Source of the DNA: an uncultured Nitrospinaceae bacterium | GTDB taxonomy: Bacteria; UBA8248 | Direction: 5' to 3' | Length of the DNA stretch: 64,000 bases | NCBI GenBank assembly: GCA_964440505.1 | Contig: CAYTSP010000257.1 | Span: 8,756 to 72,755 of the forward strand | Shown here: piece after piece, positions 30,361-40,722 of the stretch | How positions within the stretch are numbered: the first letter of the stretch is position 1 | Layout: each line of letters starts with the position of its first letter | Notes under the pieces: generated by a model | Told to the model about the DNA's origin: nothing | What the model saw: the letters and a program-made list of their open reading frames with translations, nothing else | Databases searched by the model: none | Made by a program: the position numbers and the translations under genes

Positions 30361-33057
30361 CTACATCCATTTTTTTTCCTGTTCAACGGTTTCTATGCTC
30401 TTTCGGAGTTCATACAGGGTTTCGAGAGCCTGGCGAGGTGTAATGGAATCCAGATCCAGGCCTTTCAACACCTTCTCGACTTGCGATTCCGCACGTGAAA
30501 ACAATGGCAATTGCCCATTTTCCCGGCGATTTTCCAAAAAAGATTTTTCTCCTCCGGAGCAGGACATGGCCTCCGTACTCTCAAACCTGGAGAGCAAAGT
30601 CTTCGCCCGGTCGATAACCTCTTCTGGAAGTCCCGCCAACCTGCCTACATGAATGCCGTAGCTTCTGTCGCAACTCCCATCGGTTACTTTTCGTAAAAAA
30701 ACGATTTCATCACCCCATTCTCGCACTTCGACCGCTAAATTTTTCACACAGGCGAGTTCTTTCGAAAGTTCGGCCAACTCATGATAATGGGTTGCGAACA
30801 AGGTCCTCGCCCTGTGACGAACCTCATTATGCAGATACTCTACAATTGACCAGGCAATGCTCACTCCATCGTAAGTGCTCGTGCCTCGCCCGACTTCGTC
30901 CAACACGATGAAACTCCTCTGCGTCGACTCTCTCAATATAGTGGCCGTCTCCACCATCTCGACCATGAAGGTGCTTTGCCCTTCCAAAAGTCGATCATGC
31001 GCGCCGACGCGAGTGAACACCCTGTCAACCAAACCGATTTCCGCCCTCTTGGCGGGTACGAAGCTGCCAATTTGCGCCATCAGAATGATGAGCGCCGATT
31101 GACGCAGATAAGTGGATTTCCCGGCCATATTCGGCCCTGTGACGATAAGTATTCGGCGGTCATCGCGAATCGACAAATCGTTCGGTACGAAAGAGAGGCC
31201 GGGATTCTCCGACTCCATGACGGGATGCCTGCCCTCGATGATTTCAAGATTCGTAGAATCCGTAATTTGGGGCCTCACGTATCCATTTTTACGCGCAACG
31301 AGCGCCAAGGACAAAACAGCATCAAGAATCGCTATCCTCTCCGCGGCGGCGAGTACGCGCCTGGCCTGTTTCGATATTTCGGCTCTTAAACATCCAAAAA
31401 GCATGAACTCAAGATGATGGGCTTTCTCCTCTGCTCCAAGGATGTCCTCTTCCATCTTCTTCAACTCGGAAGTGATATAGCGCTCTGCAGAAACCAGAGT
31501 CTGCTTGCGCGTATATTCTGTCGGCACCTGCTCACTGAAGCGTTTGGCTATCTCGAGATAATATCCAAAAACACGATTAAATCCGATTTTCAAAGGCAGT
31601 CCCGTTCGTTGTTTTTCCTCGCTTTCATAATTTTTCAGCCACGTATCGCCCTCTTGCTGAGCCCTTCTCAATTTTGCGAGTTCCTGATCATGCTCAGCGC
31701 GAAATATTCCTCCTTCGCGAATCGAGACAGGCGGATCATCCACAATCGCGTTCTTCAGCGCCAATGCTACGTCCTCGAGAGAATCCCACCCCGACAAGAC
31801 GGTACGAAACAACCCGGAATCCATCTCCTTTATTGCCTCAAAAACCTCTGGCAACATTCCCAAAGAAGCGCCGAGCCCCGCCAGGTCCCGGGCGTTTGCC
31901 GTTTGAGAACCCACGCGACCCAGGAGCCTTTCGATATCCTGAATAGGTTCAAGGACACTTTTGAGCATATTCAGGATTTCGGACTTATCCACGAGCTCCT
32001 GTACCGATTCGGCACGATAATCGATGGCTTTTTTTTCAATCAAAGGTGAAAGGACCCATTTTTTCAGCAGGCGTCCTCCCATGCCTGTCTGCGTCTCATC
32101 CAGCAGGCCAAACAAAGTACCTTTATTCCCGCGATCCACAGCCGAACGAGTGAGTTCTAAATTTCGTAACGTGGCGGCATCGAGAATCATGGTGTCAGAG
32201 AGTCGGGAGAAAAACACAGGTTTGATGTGGGGAAAATCGCCAGGCTGGTTTTCTTTGAGATACGCCAAAACACCTATGGCGGTATTTACCGCCACCGGAT
32301 TCGCCAGAACATTTGCTTCATTCGGAAAGACGGAGTCCAGGCTTTTGGAATCAAGCGGCTCATCAAAGGTGGCGGCTGGTCTTCTTTCAACATGGATATT
32401 CAGTTCACCCATTTTGCTTTTCAACTCATCAGACGGAGAAAATACATCCGGCAAGATGAGTTCACGAGGAGAAAGCCTCTCCAGTTGGTTGCAAATAAGC
32501 GTCTCGGCGGCATCGCCTTCCACCTGTGTCGCGCAAAACTCACCGGTCGAGCTATCGAGCCATGCCATTCCCCAAAGCGTCTTTCCTTCTCTGGCCGATA
32601 AGGTAATCCCCGCCAGGTATTGAGATTCCTTGCTATCCAGTAACTCGAGGTCGGCAATCGAAGTACCCGGAGTGAGGACGCGGGTCACCTCGCGCCTCAC
32701 AACTCCCCTGCTTTCTCCCGCATCTTCCACTTGCTCGCATATGGCGACTTTATAACCTGCCTCCAGCAATCGCCCGCAATAGGAGGATGCCGAATGACAA
32801 GGCACGCCACACATCGGTATAGGTCCCTTGTCATCGCTCTGGCGCGACGTCAGCGTGAGTTCCAGTACTTTCGCCCCGAGTTTCGCGTCTTCATAAAACA
32901 TCTCGAAAAAATCACCCAACTGAAAAAACAGCATCGCGTCCGGATAGCGTCTTTTCATTTCCAGGTATTGGCGCATCGCAGGTGATGGGCCACGGCTTTT
33001 ATTGCCCGATGTATTTTTTGCTTTCCTGGCATGCAGAGTGCTTTTTGAGGGAGGCAT
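30361..33057 (-). CDS. mutS: DNA mismatch repair protein MutS
   Basis: 898 aa. Mismatch-binding N-domain, Walker A GPNMAGKST, MutS signature STF(M/A)VEM, C-terminal HTH-like end. Confidence 0.95.
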   Translation of the reverse strand: MPPSKSTLHARKAKNTSGNKSRGPSPAMRQYLEMKRRYPDAMLFFQLGDFFEMFYEDAKLGAKVLELTLTSRQSDDKGPIPMCGVPCHSASSYCGRLLEAGYKVAICEQVEDAGESRGVVRREVTRVLTPGTSIADLELLDSKESQYLAGITLSAREGKTLWGMAWLDSSTGEFCATQVEGDAAETLICNQLERLSPRELILPDVFSPSDELKSKMGELNIHVERRPAATFDEPLDSKSLDSVFPNEANVLANPVAVNTAIGVLAYLKENQPGDFPHIKPVFFSRLSDTMILDAATLRNLELTRSAVDRGNKGTLFGLLDETQTGMGGRLLKKWVLSPLIEKKAIDYRAESVQELVDKSEILNMLKSVLEPIQDIERLLGRVGSQTANARDLAGLGASLGMLPEVFEAIKEMDSGLFRTVLSGWDSLEDVALALKNAIVDDPPVSIREGGIFRAEHDQELAKLRRAQQEGDTWLKNYESEEKQRTGLPLKIGFNRVFGYYLEIAKRFSEQVPTEYTRKQTLVSAERYITSELKKMEEDILGAEEKAHHLEFMLFGCLRAEISKQARRVLAAAERIAILDAVLSLALVARKNGYVRPQITDSTNLEIIEGRHPVMESENPGLSFVPNDLSIRDDRRILIVTGPNMAGKSTYLRQSALIILMAQIGSFVPAKRAEIGLVDRVFTRVGAHDRLLEGQSTFMVEMVETATILRESTQRSFIVLDEVGRGTSTYDGVSIAWSIVEYLHNEVRHRARTLFATHYHELAELSKELACVKNLAVEVREWGDEIVFLRKVTDGSCDRSYGIHVGRLAGLPEEVIDRAKTLLSRFESTEAMSCSGGEKSFLENRRENGQLPLFSRAESQVEKVLKGLDLDSITPRQALETLYELRKSIETVEQEKKWM

Positions 33058-33059
33058 AC

Positions 33060-33458
33060 TTACTCCGCCTTCGATTCACGGGGGGATAGGCTCATCCGGG
33101 ATTTGGAATCGGATTGCGAGGTAAGTTCATTACGCGCAGTTGTGGATTCTTCGGTCGCAGGATTTCCCATTGGGAGGAACTTGCCACTTTGCTCCCGCGC
33201 CTCATCCAGATTACTCTCCAGCGACTTGACTTCCCGCTTCAATTTCCCGATTTGGGTCCTGAACTTCAACCTGTCTAATGCGCCACCAAGCCATGCCACC
33301 ATGAACCCGCATGCAAACACGGCCAATAGAACGTAAAAAAGAGGCAAGTTGATGCTGCCTTGATAATAGGCAACAGTCACCGGCTTCATATTGATGACAC
33401 CGAAGCTCAGAATCGCCAATGACAGGATCAAACCGATGATGAGTCGAAGGCTGCCCAT
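33060..33458 (-). CDS. LapA-like (DUF1049) inner-membrane protein
   Basis: Two N-terminal TM helices followed by a coiled-coil, charged C-terminus. 132 aa, typical of the LapA/YciS family. Confidence 0.55.
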   Translation of the reverse strand: MGSLRLIIGLILSLAILSFGVINMKPVTVAYYQGSINLPLFYVLLAVFACGFMVAWLGGALDRLKFRTQIGKLKREVKSLESNLDEAREQSGKFLPMGNPATEESTTARNELTSQSDSKSRMSLSPRESKAE

Positions 33459-33652
33459 ATCACCACCAAGTCCAACGGGTTTTAGATTTCAAAATCAGGG
33501 CGGAATTGATTATAGGTCGTCTATCAATTATCGGGAATCACCCACATGCCACCGGGGGCAGGAATAAGATGATGCTCCCCTTCCCAATGAGGAACAGTGT
33601 GCATATGCAAAAGGCCGGCTATTCCTGCGCGCGTCACCCGCAATCCTGCCAC

Positions 33653-34132
33653 TCAAGGATTCCCCGGTGTTTGTCGAGACAGCCACTCCCCCTCAAGCAG
33701 ACAGGCCATCCTTTTTTCTTCCTGACTCATGCGCGCGGATTCCGACTTTGTGTCATGATCATATCCCTTGAGATGCAAAAGGCCATGCACGAGCAGACGA
33801 TCCGCCAGGACGCCGTAATCAACCGACTCCACTTGCGCTTGGCGAAGCACTTCATCCACGCAAATGACCACTTCTCCTAAAAATGTATCCCTCTCTTTTT
33901 GCTCACCCGGGGCCGGAAAGAAACCCGCCGGCGGAAAAGCCAACACATCCGTTGTTTCGTCTTCTCCCCGATATCGAGAATTCAACGCTCGCATCCTCTC
34001 GTCTCGAATGAATGCGATGCTGAACCAATCATCTTCGGACCGGAGAACTTTCCGTATGACCTCCAAGCGTTGCCTCAGCGCTTTGTGATTCAGCGTGAAT
34101 AGCTTTTGCTCGTTTTTGACGAGGACTTCCAT
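33653..34132 (-). CDS. ybeY: Endoribonuclease YbeY (rRNA maturation factor)
   Basis: Zinc motif HGLLHLKGYDH and conserved VLAFP. The ORF track starts at 34198, but the conserved N-terminus begins at MEVLV (34132). Still overlaps the upstream HD-domain gene by about 100 nt. Confidence 0.85.
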   Translation of the reverse strand: MEVLVKNEQKLFTLNHKALRQRLEVIRKVLRSEDDWFSIAFIRDERMRALNSRYRGEDETTDVLAFPPAGFFPAPGEQKERDTFLGEVVICVDEVLRQAQVESVDYGVLADRLLVHGLLHLKGYDHDTKSESARMSQEEKRMACLLEGEWLSRQTPGNP

Positions 34133-36593
34133 TCGCAGCCCCTTTCTTAGGAGCATCTTCTTGTCCTGGATAATGAATCCGGTGATGATGAATGCCAACC
34201 AAAACGCGCATGAATGCGTCCTGAATGTTGCTCAAATCCCTGAACGTGAGGCTGCAATTATCCAATTGCCCCTCCATGAATGCACTCTGGACGATTCTAT
34301 CCACCAAGGCGCTGAGGCGCCCGAGAGAATGATCCGAAAGCGAATGCGACGATGCCTCCACCATATCCGCCAACATCAGGATGCCCGCTTCTCTCGTCTG
34401 CGGTCTCGGCCCTGGATAGCGAAAAAATTCTTCTGTCACGTCATCTCCATTTTCCTTCTTCGCTTTCTCGTAAAAAAATCGAATCAAGGATGTGCCATGA
34501 TGTTGCTGAATTAAATCGATAATCTCTTTGGGTAGCTGATGGCTTCGAGCGAGCTCCACTCCTTCTTTGACATGGCTGACCAGGATGAGCGCGCTCATGT
34601 TGGGTTTGAGTCTATCGTGACGGTTTTCCCGCCCCTGGTTCTCAATGAAATATTCCGGCTTCATCATCTTGCCGATATCGTGAAAATAAGCACCCACACG
34701 AGTGAGAAGCGGATTTGCGCCGATTGCCTCGGACGCCTCCTCCGCCAAGTTGCCGACGAGAAGACTGTGGTGGTAGGTGCCCGGCGCGCTGACGACCATC
34801 TTTCTCAGCAGCGGGTGATTCTGGTCGGCCAACTCCAAAAGACGCATATCGGTCGTGAGTTTGAAAACCGACTCGAGCAGGGGCATGGCGCCCGCCACGA
34901 TGATGACGTTCGAAAGGCCACCGAGCAACGCGATGGGAATTTCCGGCCACTGCGTAATCGCGGCACGGAAACCCTCCTGCACGTTGAAGCCCAGAGCGAG
35001 CGCGGCGCCCAGTAAACCCAGGATCAGCGCCACGATGAGCACGGAAGTTCTGCGCCGATATTCTTTCCAGCGAATGGCCGCCAGCACGCCGCCGCCCAGG
35101 GCGACAAGGCTGAAGTTGATGTGATTCGGCAAAATCAGTCCGGTTAAAACAGCGGAGAAAACCGCCATCAACACCGCGGATGAGCGTCCCTGCAAAACGG
35201 CTGCAAGAAGAGAAGCGGAACAAAATGGAATCACATAGTAAAACGAGTGGAGTGGAATTCCTCTGAAAGTTTCATGCAGCACTTCCGAGAAGAAAATGCC
35301 CAATTTCAGCAATACGGCTTGGCTCAAAAGCAGTATTACAAAAAGTGTTACGTTTTTTTGCGATGATAAAAAGCTCATGTCGTATTTCTGCACACAAATC
35401 CATGCGAGAACGAGCAAAATGAAAATCACCAGCCCTGTTCCGGTGAAGTTGCCGACCACATGGCTTTGCCGGTAGATTTTCTGCAGACTCTTGAGTTTTA
35501 TGATCTGCCCTTCACTCAATCGTTCTCCCTCGCGAACAATCATCTCCCCTTGCTTGAGGACCTCGGAAACCGGCGGGACGGAGGCTGCAACCTTTTCCCT
35601 GCTCTCGAGCGTCGCCCTGTTGTTGAACGTCAACGTCGGCTGAACCATCTTCAAGACCTGGGAGACCAGGAGATCGCTGACATGCCGAGGAATTCTGAGG
35701 GACATCTTTTGAATTTCTCGCTTGAGCAATTCATCGACCTGCCTGAGTTCCAGGGGATTCATCGATGGGCTGACGGAGACTCGATTCCCCGTTCTGATGT
35801 CGCGCGCCGTAATCCCCTTCGCCGCATGTGTGGCGTACAATCGCTTGTCACTCACAATTTGGCGCGAATACGCCACCTTCAAAAGTTTTGCGATATCCTC
35901 CCGGATCGAGTTTGCGAATCTTTCACCTCTCAACCAATTCGACAATTTCTTTGGAACAGCACCACCCACCAGCTTATGAAACGCACTCTCCGCCGTCATA
36001 AAGGCAGGTGTAGCGTACAATTCCCGATAAGCTTCCGACTCGGATAAAAGTGACGGGTTCTTCTGTTTGGCGCGTATGTTCAACTGCTCGGCTTTTACCT
36101 TCTCGAGCTCTTTGTCTACCGTCCGTTGAATGGATTCAAAAGCGCCGTTCAATTTGGTATGGACAACTTTTGAAAGTTGGGTATCGATATCGTAGCGTGG
36201 CAAGACTTTTTCTCTGGCTGCTTGGCGCTTCGCATTCGTAGCGATGGGGTCGACCACGCGCATATCCTGAGGGGCTTTGATGTCCCTGGGGACGACATCG
36301 CCCACTTCAAAAGACACGCGAGGCGCCGAAAGGTCGGTTGTAAGCAGGAACGAGAGCACAACGGCGAGCGTTCCACCCAGAATCCATGGGTAGGCCCTTG
36401 TGTTGGCAAACGCCAGGACATAACCCGCGAGCGACCGCCCCAGCGACTTAAATCGTCGCAAAAAGAAGTTTTTGGGTTTCCCGGCAGTTTTTCCGACGCC
36501 GGCTCGATGAATCACGCGACCAACCTCCAGAATCCTTCGCGATGAAGGGATCGTGGACGTATCGGCTATATGTGAACGCCCCGGGCAATGCAA
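34029..36593 (-). CDS. 7TM-receptor HD-domain phosphohydrolase (PgpH/YqfF family)
   Basis: 854 aa. Extracellular N-domain, 7 TM helices, C-terminal HD domain (HHSLLVGNLAEEA...HDIGK). Conserved phoH / HD-protein / ybeY operon order. Confidence 0.8.
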   Translation of the reverse strand: MHCPGRSHIADTSTIPSSRRILEVGRVIHRAGVGKTAGKPKNFFLRRFKSLGRSLAGYVLAFANTRAYPWILGGTLAVVLSFLLTTDLSAPRVSFEVGDVVPRDIKAPQDMRVVDPIATNAKRQAAREKVLPRYDIDTQLSKVVHTKLNGAFESIQRTVDKELEKVKAEQLNIRAKQKNPSLLSESEAYRELYATPAFMTAESAFHKLVGGAVPKKLSNWLRGERFANSIREDIAKLLKVAYSRQIVSDKRLYATHAAKGITARDIRTGNRVSVSPSMNPLELRQVDELLKREIQKMSLRIPRHVSDLLVSQVLKMVQPTLTFNNRATLESREKVAASVPPVSEVLKQGEMIVREGERLSEGQIIKLKSLQKIYRQSHVVGNFTGTGLVIFILLVLAWICVQKYDMSFLSSQKNVTLFVILLLSQAVLLKLGIFFSEVLHETFRGIPLHSFYYVIPFCSASLLAAVLQGRSSAVLMAVFSAVLTGLILPNHINFSLVALGGGVLAAIRWKEYRRRTSVLIVALILGLLGAALALGFNVQEGFRAAITQWPEIPIALLGGLSNVIIVAGAMPLLESVFKLTTDMRLLELADQNHPLLRKMVVSAPGTYHHSLLVGNLAEEASEAIGANPLLTRVGAYFHDIGKMMKPEYFIENQGRENRHDRLKPNMSALILVSHVKEGVELARSHQLPKEIIDLIQQHHGTSLIRFFYEKAKKENGDDVTEEFFRYPGPRPQTREAGILMLADMVEASSHSLSDHSLGRLSALVDRIVQSAFMEGQLDNCSLTFRDLSNIQDAFMRVLVGIHHHRIHYPGQEDAPKKGAANGSPRQKRAKAIHAESQSAEATLGGHTESSPVRR

Positions 36594-36614
36594 GTTACTC
36601 TTGAGAGAACTCGC

Positions 36615-37571
36615 TTATAAACTGTGGGCCTCGTATGCAGAAACGATTCTTCTCACCAATTGCGTGCGAACTACATCTCGTTCACTAAAATAGACGAAAC
36701 AGACTTCTTCCAACTCCCCCAAGACGTCTCGAGCGTGGATCAACCCGCACCCGGAAGTTTCGGGCAAATCGATCTGCGTAATGTCCCCCGTCACGACCGC
36801 TTTGCTCCTGGTGCCAAGGCGGGTGAGGAACATTTTCATCTGTTCGGGCGTCGTGTTCTGCGCTTCATCCAGGATGATGAAAGAATCATTCAGCGAACGA
36901 CCCCTCATATATGCGAGCGGCGCTATCTCTATCTCACCTCTTTGAATAAACCGCTCCACCCGCTCGAATTCCACCATATCGTTCAGGGCGTCAAACAATG
37001 GCCTGAGATATGGATTCACTTTCTCCTGCAAATCACCAGGCAAAAATCCGAGTTTCTCGCCTGCTTCCACCACCGGCCTCGTCAACACGATGCGGGCATA
37101 TGCCCTCTCCAACAACCCGGAAACCGCCATCGCCATGGCCAGATAGGTTTTCCCCGTTCCGGCTGGTCCTATTCCAAATGTTACCCCTTTTTCGCGAATC
37201 GACCTGATGTATTCACTCTGGACCGGGCCCTTGGGAACAACGTATCGTTTCTTCGATGAAACTGATATCCGATTCGCCACCAACGAGCGGAGCGTAACGT
37301 CTTGTTCCGCCGCAACGGCCTGAGCCAGTGTCTTGACGTTCAGCGGATCGAACCGAAACCCTTCGTCCACGCATTCCGTTAACTCGTCCAGGAAGAGTCG
37401 GGCCTTCTCGGCGGCATCGGGCGGGCCTTCAACCACGAAGCCCTCAGATACGATCCTGATTTTTACGCTAAACGCCCTCTCTAACGCCTTGAGAGATTCA
37501 TCCCGGTTTCCAATGATATGAACCAACCTGTCCGGCCCGGCCAGCGGGCTTGCTGACATCCTTGTCGCCAA
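36615..37571 (-). CDS. ybeZ: PhoH-like ATPase (YbeZ)
   Basis: P-loop GPAGTGKTYLAMA, PhoH family, 318 aa. Confidence 0.9.
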   Translation of the reverse strand: MATRMSASPLAGPDRLVHIIGNRDESLKALERAFSVKIRIVSEGFVVEGPPDAAEKARLFLDELTECVDEGFRFDPLNVKTLAQAVAAEQDVTLRSLVANRISVSSKKRYVVPKGPVQSEYIRSIREKGVTFGIGPAGTGKTYLAMAMAVSGLLERAYARIVLTRPVVEAGEKLGFLPGDLQEKVNPYLRPLFDALNDMVEFERVERFIQRGEIEIAPLAYMRGRSLNDSFIILDEAQNTTPEQMKMFLTRLGTRSKAVVTGDITQIDLPETSGCGLIHARDVLGELEEVCFVYFSERDVVRTQLVRRIVSAYEAHSL

Positions 37572-37698
37572 AAGATCAGGCTCCCCGTATCTATATGTCT
37601 CGGCTATCTACAATCGAATTCCCATGCGCCATCAGATCGTATGCTCTAGAACTACAGGCGTCAACAAAAGAACTTTACTTTCGTTTCGCTTTTTTTCT

Positions 37699-38706
37699 TT
37701 ATCCCCTCGGGTGGCTCTTGTCCAAAAGTCCCCGCAGTTTTTGCCTGTCCACATGCGTGTAAACCTCGGTGGTGGAAATATCCGAATGCCCGAGCATCGC
37801 CTGGACGGCCCGCAAGTCGGCCCCGTGACTAAGCAGATGAGTCGCAAAGCTGTGCCGGAATACATGGGGACTCACGCCCTTGCCCACGCCCGCTTCTTTC
37901 GCCCATCTCTTGACCCTCGCCCAGAAAGCTTGACGGGTCATGGGCCCTCCCCGGCTCGTGAGAAATACATAATCCGATCTCCGGGCGCGAAGAAGACTCA
38001 GCCGAGCGGTATCCAGATAATCCGCAAGCATTTCTTTCGCCGCATCTCCTACGGGAACAAGCCGGGATTTATCTCCTTTGCCATGGACGATGCAAAATCC
38101 CGATTCAAGTTCAATTTGATTCAGCTTGAGTCGAATGATCTCGCTGACGCGCATGCCGGTGGCGTACAAAAGCTCGAACATGGCCCTGTCCCGAATCGCC
38201 TGCGGCGTTTTGTCATCGGGCGCCTGCAGAATCCTGGACATATCTTCTTGAGAAAGCGTCTTGGGCAAACGCTTCCACTTCGAAGGTTGCACGATGTCCG
38301 CCGTAAAATCCTCTTTTATATCCCCATCGCGGACCAGCAACCTGGCCAGCGCGCGAATGGACGCCAGGTGCCGCCGAAGGGTGGTATCCGATTTTCCCCT
38401 CTCCCGTTTATCCTTGAGATAATCGATAACGGTGCTTTTCGACCAATCCGCCGGTGAAACATCCTCGTTTTCTTGCAGCCAATAGAAAAACGATTCGATG
38501 TCCCGCCCGTAACTCTCCACGGTATTGATCGCACGACGACGCTCGATCAGGAGAAAATCCCTGAAAGTCCTTAAGGTATCGACCAAGCGGGCATCCAGCG
38601 ATACGCCATTATTTTTTTCATGATCTTCGGTCGAAAATTTTTCTGTCGTCAACGTCCGAACCTCATTGCTCAGGATTTGCCCCATGTGAGGCGGGTGAAA
38701 CGACAC
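37699..38706 (-). CDS. xerD: Tyrosine site-specific recombinase XerD/XerC
   Basis: Phage-integrase N-terminal SAM-like domain and catalytic domain with R...HxxR...Y (LGHSDISTTEVYTHV). 335 aa. Housekeeping context. Confidence 0.78.
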   Translation of the reverse strand: MSFHPPHMGQILSNEVRTLTTEKFSTEDHEKNNGVSLDARLVDTLRTFRDFLLIERRRAINTVESYGRDIESFFYWLQENEDVSPADWSKSTVIDYLKDKRERGKSDTTLRRHLASIRALARLLVRDGDIKEDFTADIVQPSKWKRLPKTLSQEDMSRILQAPDDKTPQAIRDRAMFELLYATGMRVSEIIRLKLNQIELESGFCIVHGKGDKSRLVPVGDAAKEMLADYLDTARLSLLRARRSDYVFLTSRGGPMTRQAFWARVKRWAKEAGVGKGVSPHVFRHSFATHLLSHGADLRAVQAMLGHSDISTTEVYTHVDRQKLRGLLDKSHPRG

Positions 38707-40349
38707 CAGGAATCATATGAGGAAGAATCTATTTTCTTCGCCACGAAAATATAGAAACAGGCGGCCAGTGATACCTCAAGCATCATCATCGCCAATTTCA
38801 GGGCCGACGAGCCCTGCGAATCCCACAATTGCAGATGAACGAGTTGAAGGTGAACGATATATGCAAGCAACCCCGTCAAGATTCCAAGCACCAGAAGCCT
38901 GTTCAGAGAATGAAGCAACTCCTTTTTCGGGAAATCGCTCCACTCCCGCATGACGCCTCTCAGCAACAACACCGCGTTCAAAGCGCTTGAGCACGATGTG
39001 GCGAGTGCAAGACCGATAAACCCGAGCGGAAACATCAGGGCAACGCTGAGCGCTACGTTCGCGAGCACAGCGATATTGGCGCACCGCACCGGGAAACTCG
39101 TGTTCAATCGAGCGTGGAACACCCCGGCTAAAAGCCTCGTGACTCCGAAAAACATCAGCCCGACTGCATACGCCTGCAAGGCGGCCGCGCTTGCGACTGT
39201 ATGGTCTTGCGTAAAGGCGCCTCGTTCGAAAATAACCTCCATGATCGGATGAGCCAAAGCCATCAGGCCGAACGTAGAGGGAATCGTGATGAACAGCGTG
39301 AGCCTCCCCGCTTCGAGCATGGCGTTGCGCTCGGCGTCTCCGGATGTGGAATTTTCCCTGTTCTTCGCCGCATAATCCGACAAGATCGGCAATACGGCGG
39401 AAACCACCGCGAGACTCAATATGCCATGAGGAAGCTGAACCAACCGATTCGCATAGTAAAGATAAGAAATGGAACCTTCGGCCAGGAACGAAGCCAGCCA
39501 GCGGTCAACGAGAACATTGACCTGAAAAATAGCGCCTCCAAGAGCTGCCGGCCCCATCAGAGCCAAGCATCTGCCGACGCCCTCCACCCGCCACGGGATG
39601 GAAGGAAGCGGCAAAATCCGTAGTTTTCCCATGAAAGGGAGTTGGAAAAAAAACTGCGCGGCCCCGCCGATTACGACGGCCCAGGCGAGCCAACGGATTG
39701 CCTCCGTCCTACTCACCAAAAAACCCGCTAATAAAAGGGCGATGATGATGACCACGTTCTGGAGCGCGGGCGCGAAAGCGGGCACGAAGAAGCGGCGCGC
39801 CGCGTTCAACATACCGGCTGCGACCGCCCACAGGCCGATAAAAATAATGAACGGAAACATGATCCTGGTCAGTTGCGCAGCAAGGCGCAGTTTTTCCGGG
39901 TTGCTCGAAAAACCAGGCGCCAGCGCTCTCATCAAAGGTTCTGCGAACCAGATCCCGACCGCACAGCCCACGCTTCCTGCGAAGATGAGAAACACCAACA
40001 TGCCGCCGGCGAATTTTTTGGCCTGCCTGGCTCCGGATTGTTCACGCACGTCGGAGTAGACGGGAAGAAAGGAGGAGCTCAGCGCACCTTCCATGAACAT
40101 GCGCCTGAAAAGGTTGGGAATCGCGAAGGCGACGAAAAAGGCATCGGCCATCATCGCGGCGCCAAAGAGTTTGGCGATCAGCAAATCACGGAAAAAACCC
40201 GCAACCCGACTGATGAGAGTCGCCAAACTTACGGGACCCGCAAACCTGGAAATGCTCTCCTCCGCAGCGGTATCACCATTTCCTGCCGACGCAGCAGCAG
40301 GAACATTTTTTTCCCGTCCTGGATTAGAGGATTCAGGTGGTGTGGTCAC
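38670..40349 (-). CDS. murJ: Lipid II flippase MurJ (MviN)
   Basis: 14-TM MOP-superfamily protein with the MurJ N-terminal pattern (LISRVAGFFRDLLIAKLFGA). 559 aa including a probable N-terminal over-extension. Confidence 0.86.
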   Translation of the reverse strand: MTTPPESSNPGREKNVPAAASAGNGDTAAEESISRFAGPVSLATLISRVAGFFRDLLIAKLFGAAMMADAFFVAFAIPNLFRRMFMEGALSSSFLPVYSDVREQSGARQAKKFAGGMLVFLIFAGSVGCAVGIWFAEPLMRALAPGFSSNPEKLRLAAQLTRIMFPFIIFIGLWAVAAGMLNAARRFFVPAFAPALQNVVIIIALLLAGFLVSRTEAIRWLAWAVVIGGAAQFFFQLPFMGKLRILPLPSIPWRVEGVGRCLALMGPAALGGAIFQVNVLVDRWLASFLAEGSISYLYYANRLVQLPHGILSLAVVSAVLPILSDYAAKNRENSTSGDAERNAMLEAGRLTLFITIPSTFGLMALAHPIMEVIFERGAFTQDHTVASAAALQAYAVGLMFFGVTRLLAGVFHARLNTSFPVRCANIAVLANVALSVALMFPLGFIGLALATSCSSALNAVLLLRGVMREWSDFPKKELLHSLNRLLVLGILTGLLAYIVHLQLVHLQLWDSQGSSALKLAMMMLEVSLAACFYIFVAKKIDSSSYDSWCRFTRLTWGKS

Positions 40350-40467
40350 AAAATTCCTGGCACCGGGGCGGAGAACTTGACAACCCTTTGTTCCGTGGTA
40401 TTTTACCGGGGCTGTGAGACAGCCTCAAGGGAAACATTTCAACTATATTCACGGAGAATGAAACAAA

Positions 40468-40722
40468 TTGCCACATATTCGTTCGGCTAAAAAGCGCAAT
40501 CGTCAAAATATCGTTCGCCGCGCCAGAAACCGCGCTATTCGCACGCAGTTTCGCAACACCATCAAAGAAGTTTTGAATAGCGAAGAAAACCCCGAAGAAC
40601 TGCTGAAACAAGCCCAGTCGCAACTGGACCGCGCAGCCACCAAAGGAATTATCCACCAAAAGACAGCGTCGAGACGCGCGGGAAGATTGGCCAAGCGAGT
40701 TCACGCGGCCTCTGCGAAATAG
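40468..40722 (+). CDS. rpsT: 30S ribosomal protein S20
   Basis: (M)PHIRSAKKRNRQ...: classic S20 N-terminus, 84 aa. Start codon is TTG with GGAG 11 nt upstream. Confidence 0.9.
   Translation: MPHIRSAKKRNRQNIVRRARNRAIRTQFRNTIKEVLNSEENPEELLKQAQSQLDRAATKGIIHQKTASRRAGRLAKRVHAASAK

Noticed and set aside
37699-38706. Tyrosine recombinase as a marker of an integrated mobile element
   Set aside because: The sequence and size fit chromosomal XerC/XerD. It is flanked by housekeeping genes (phoH operon, murJ). No adjacent tRNA, no direct repeats and no cargo genes were seen.
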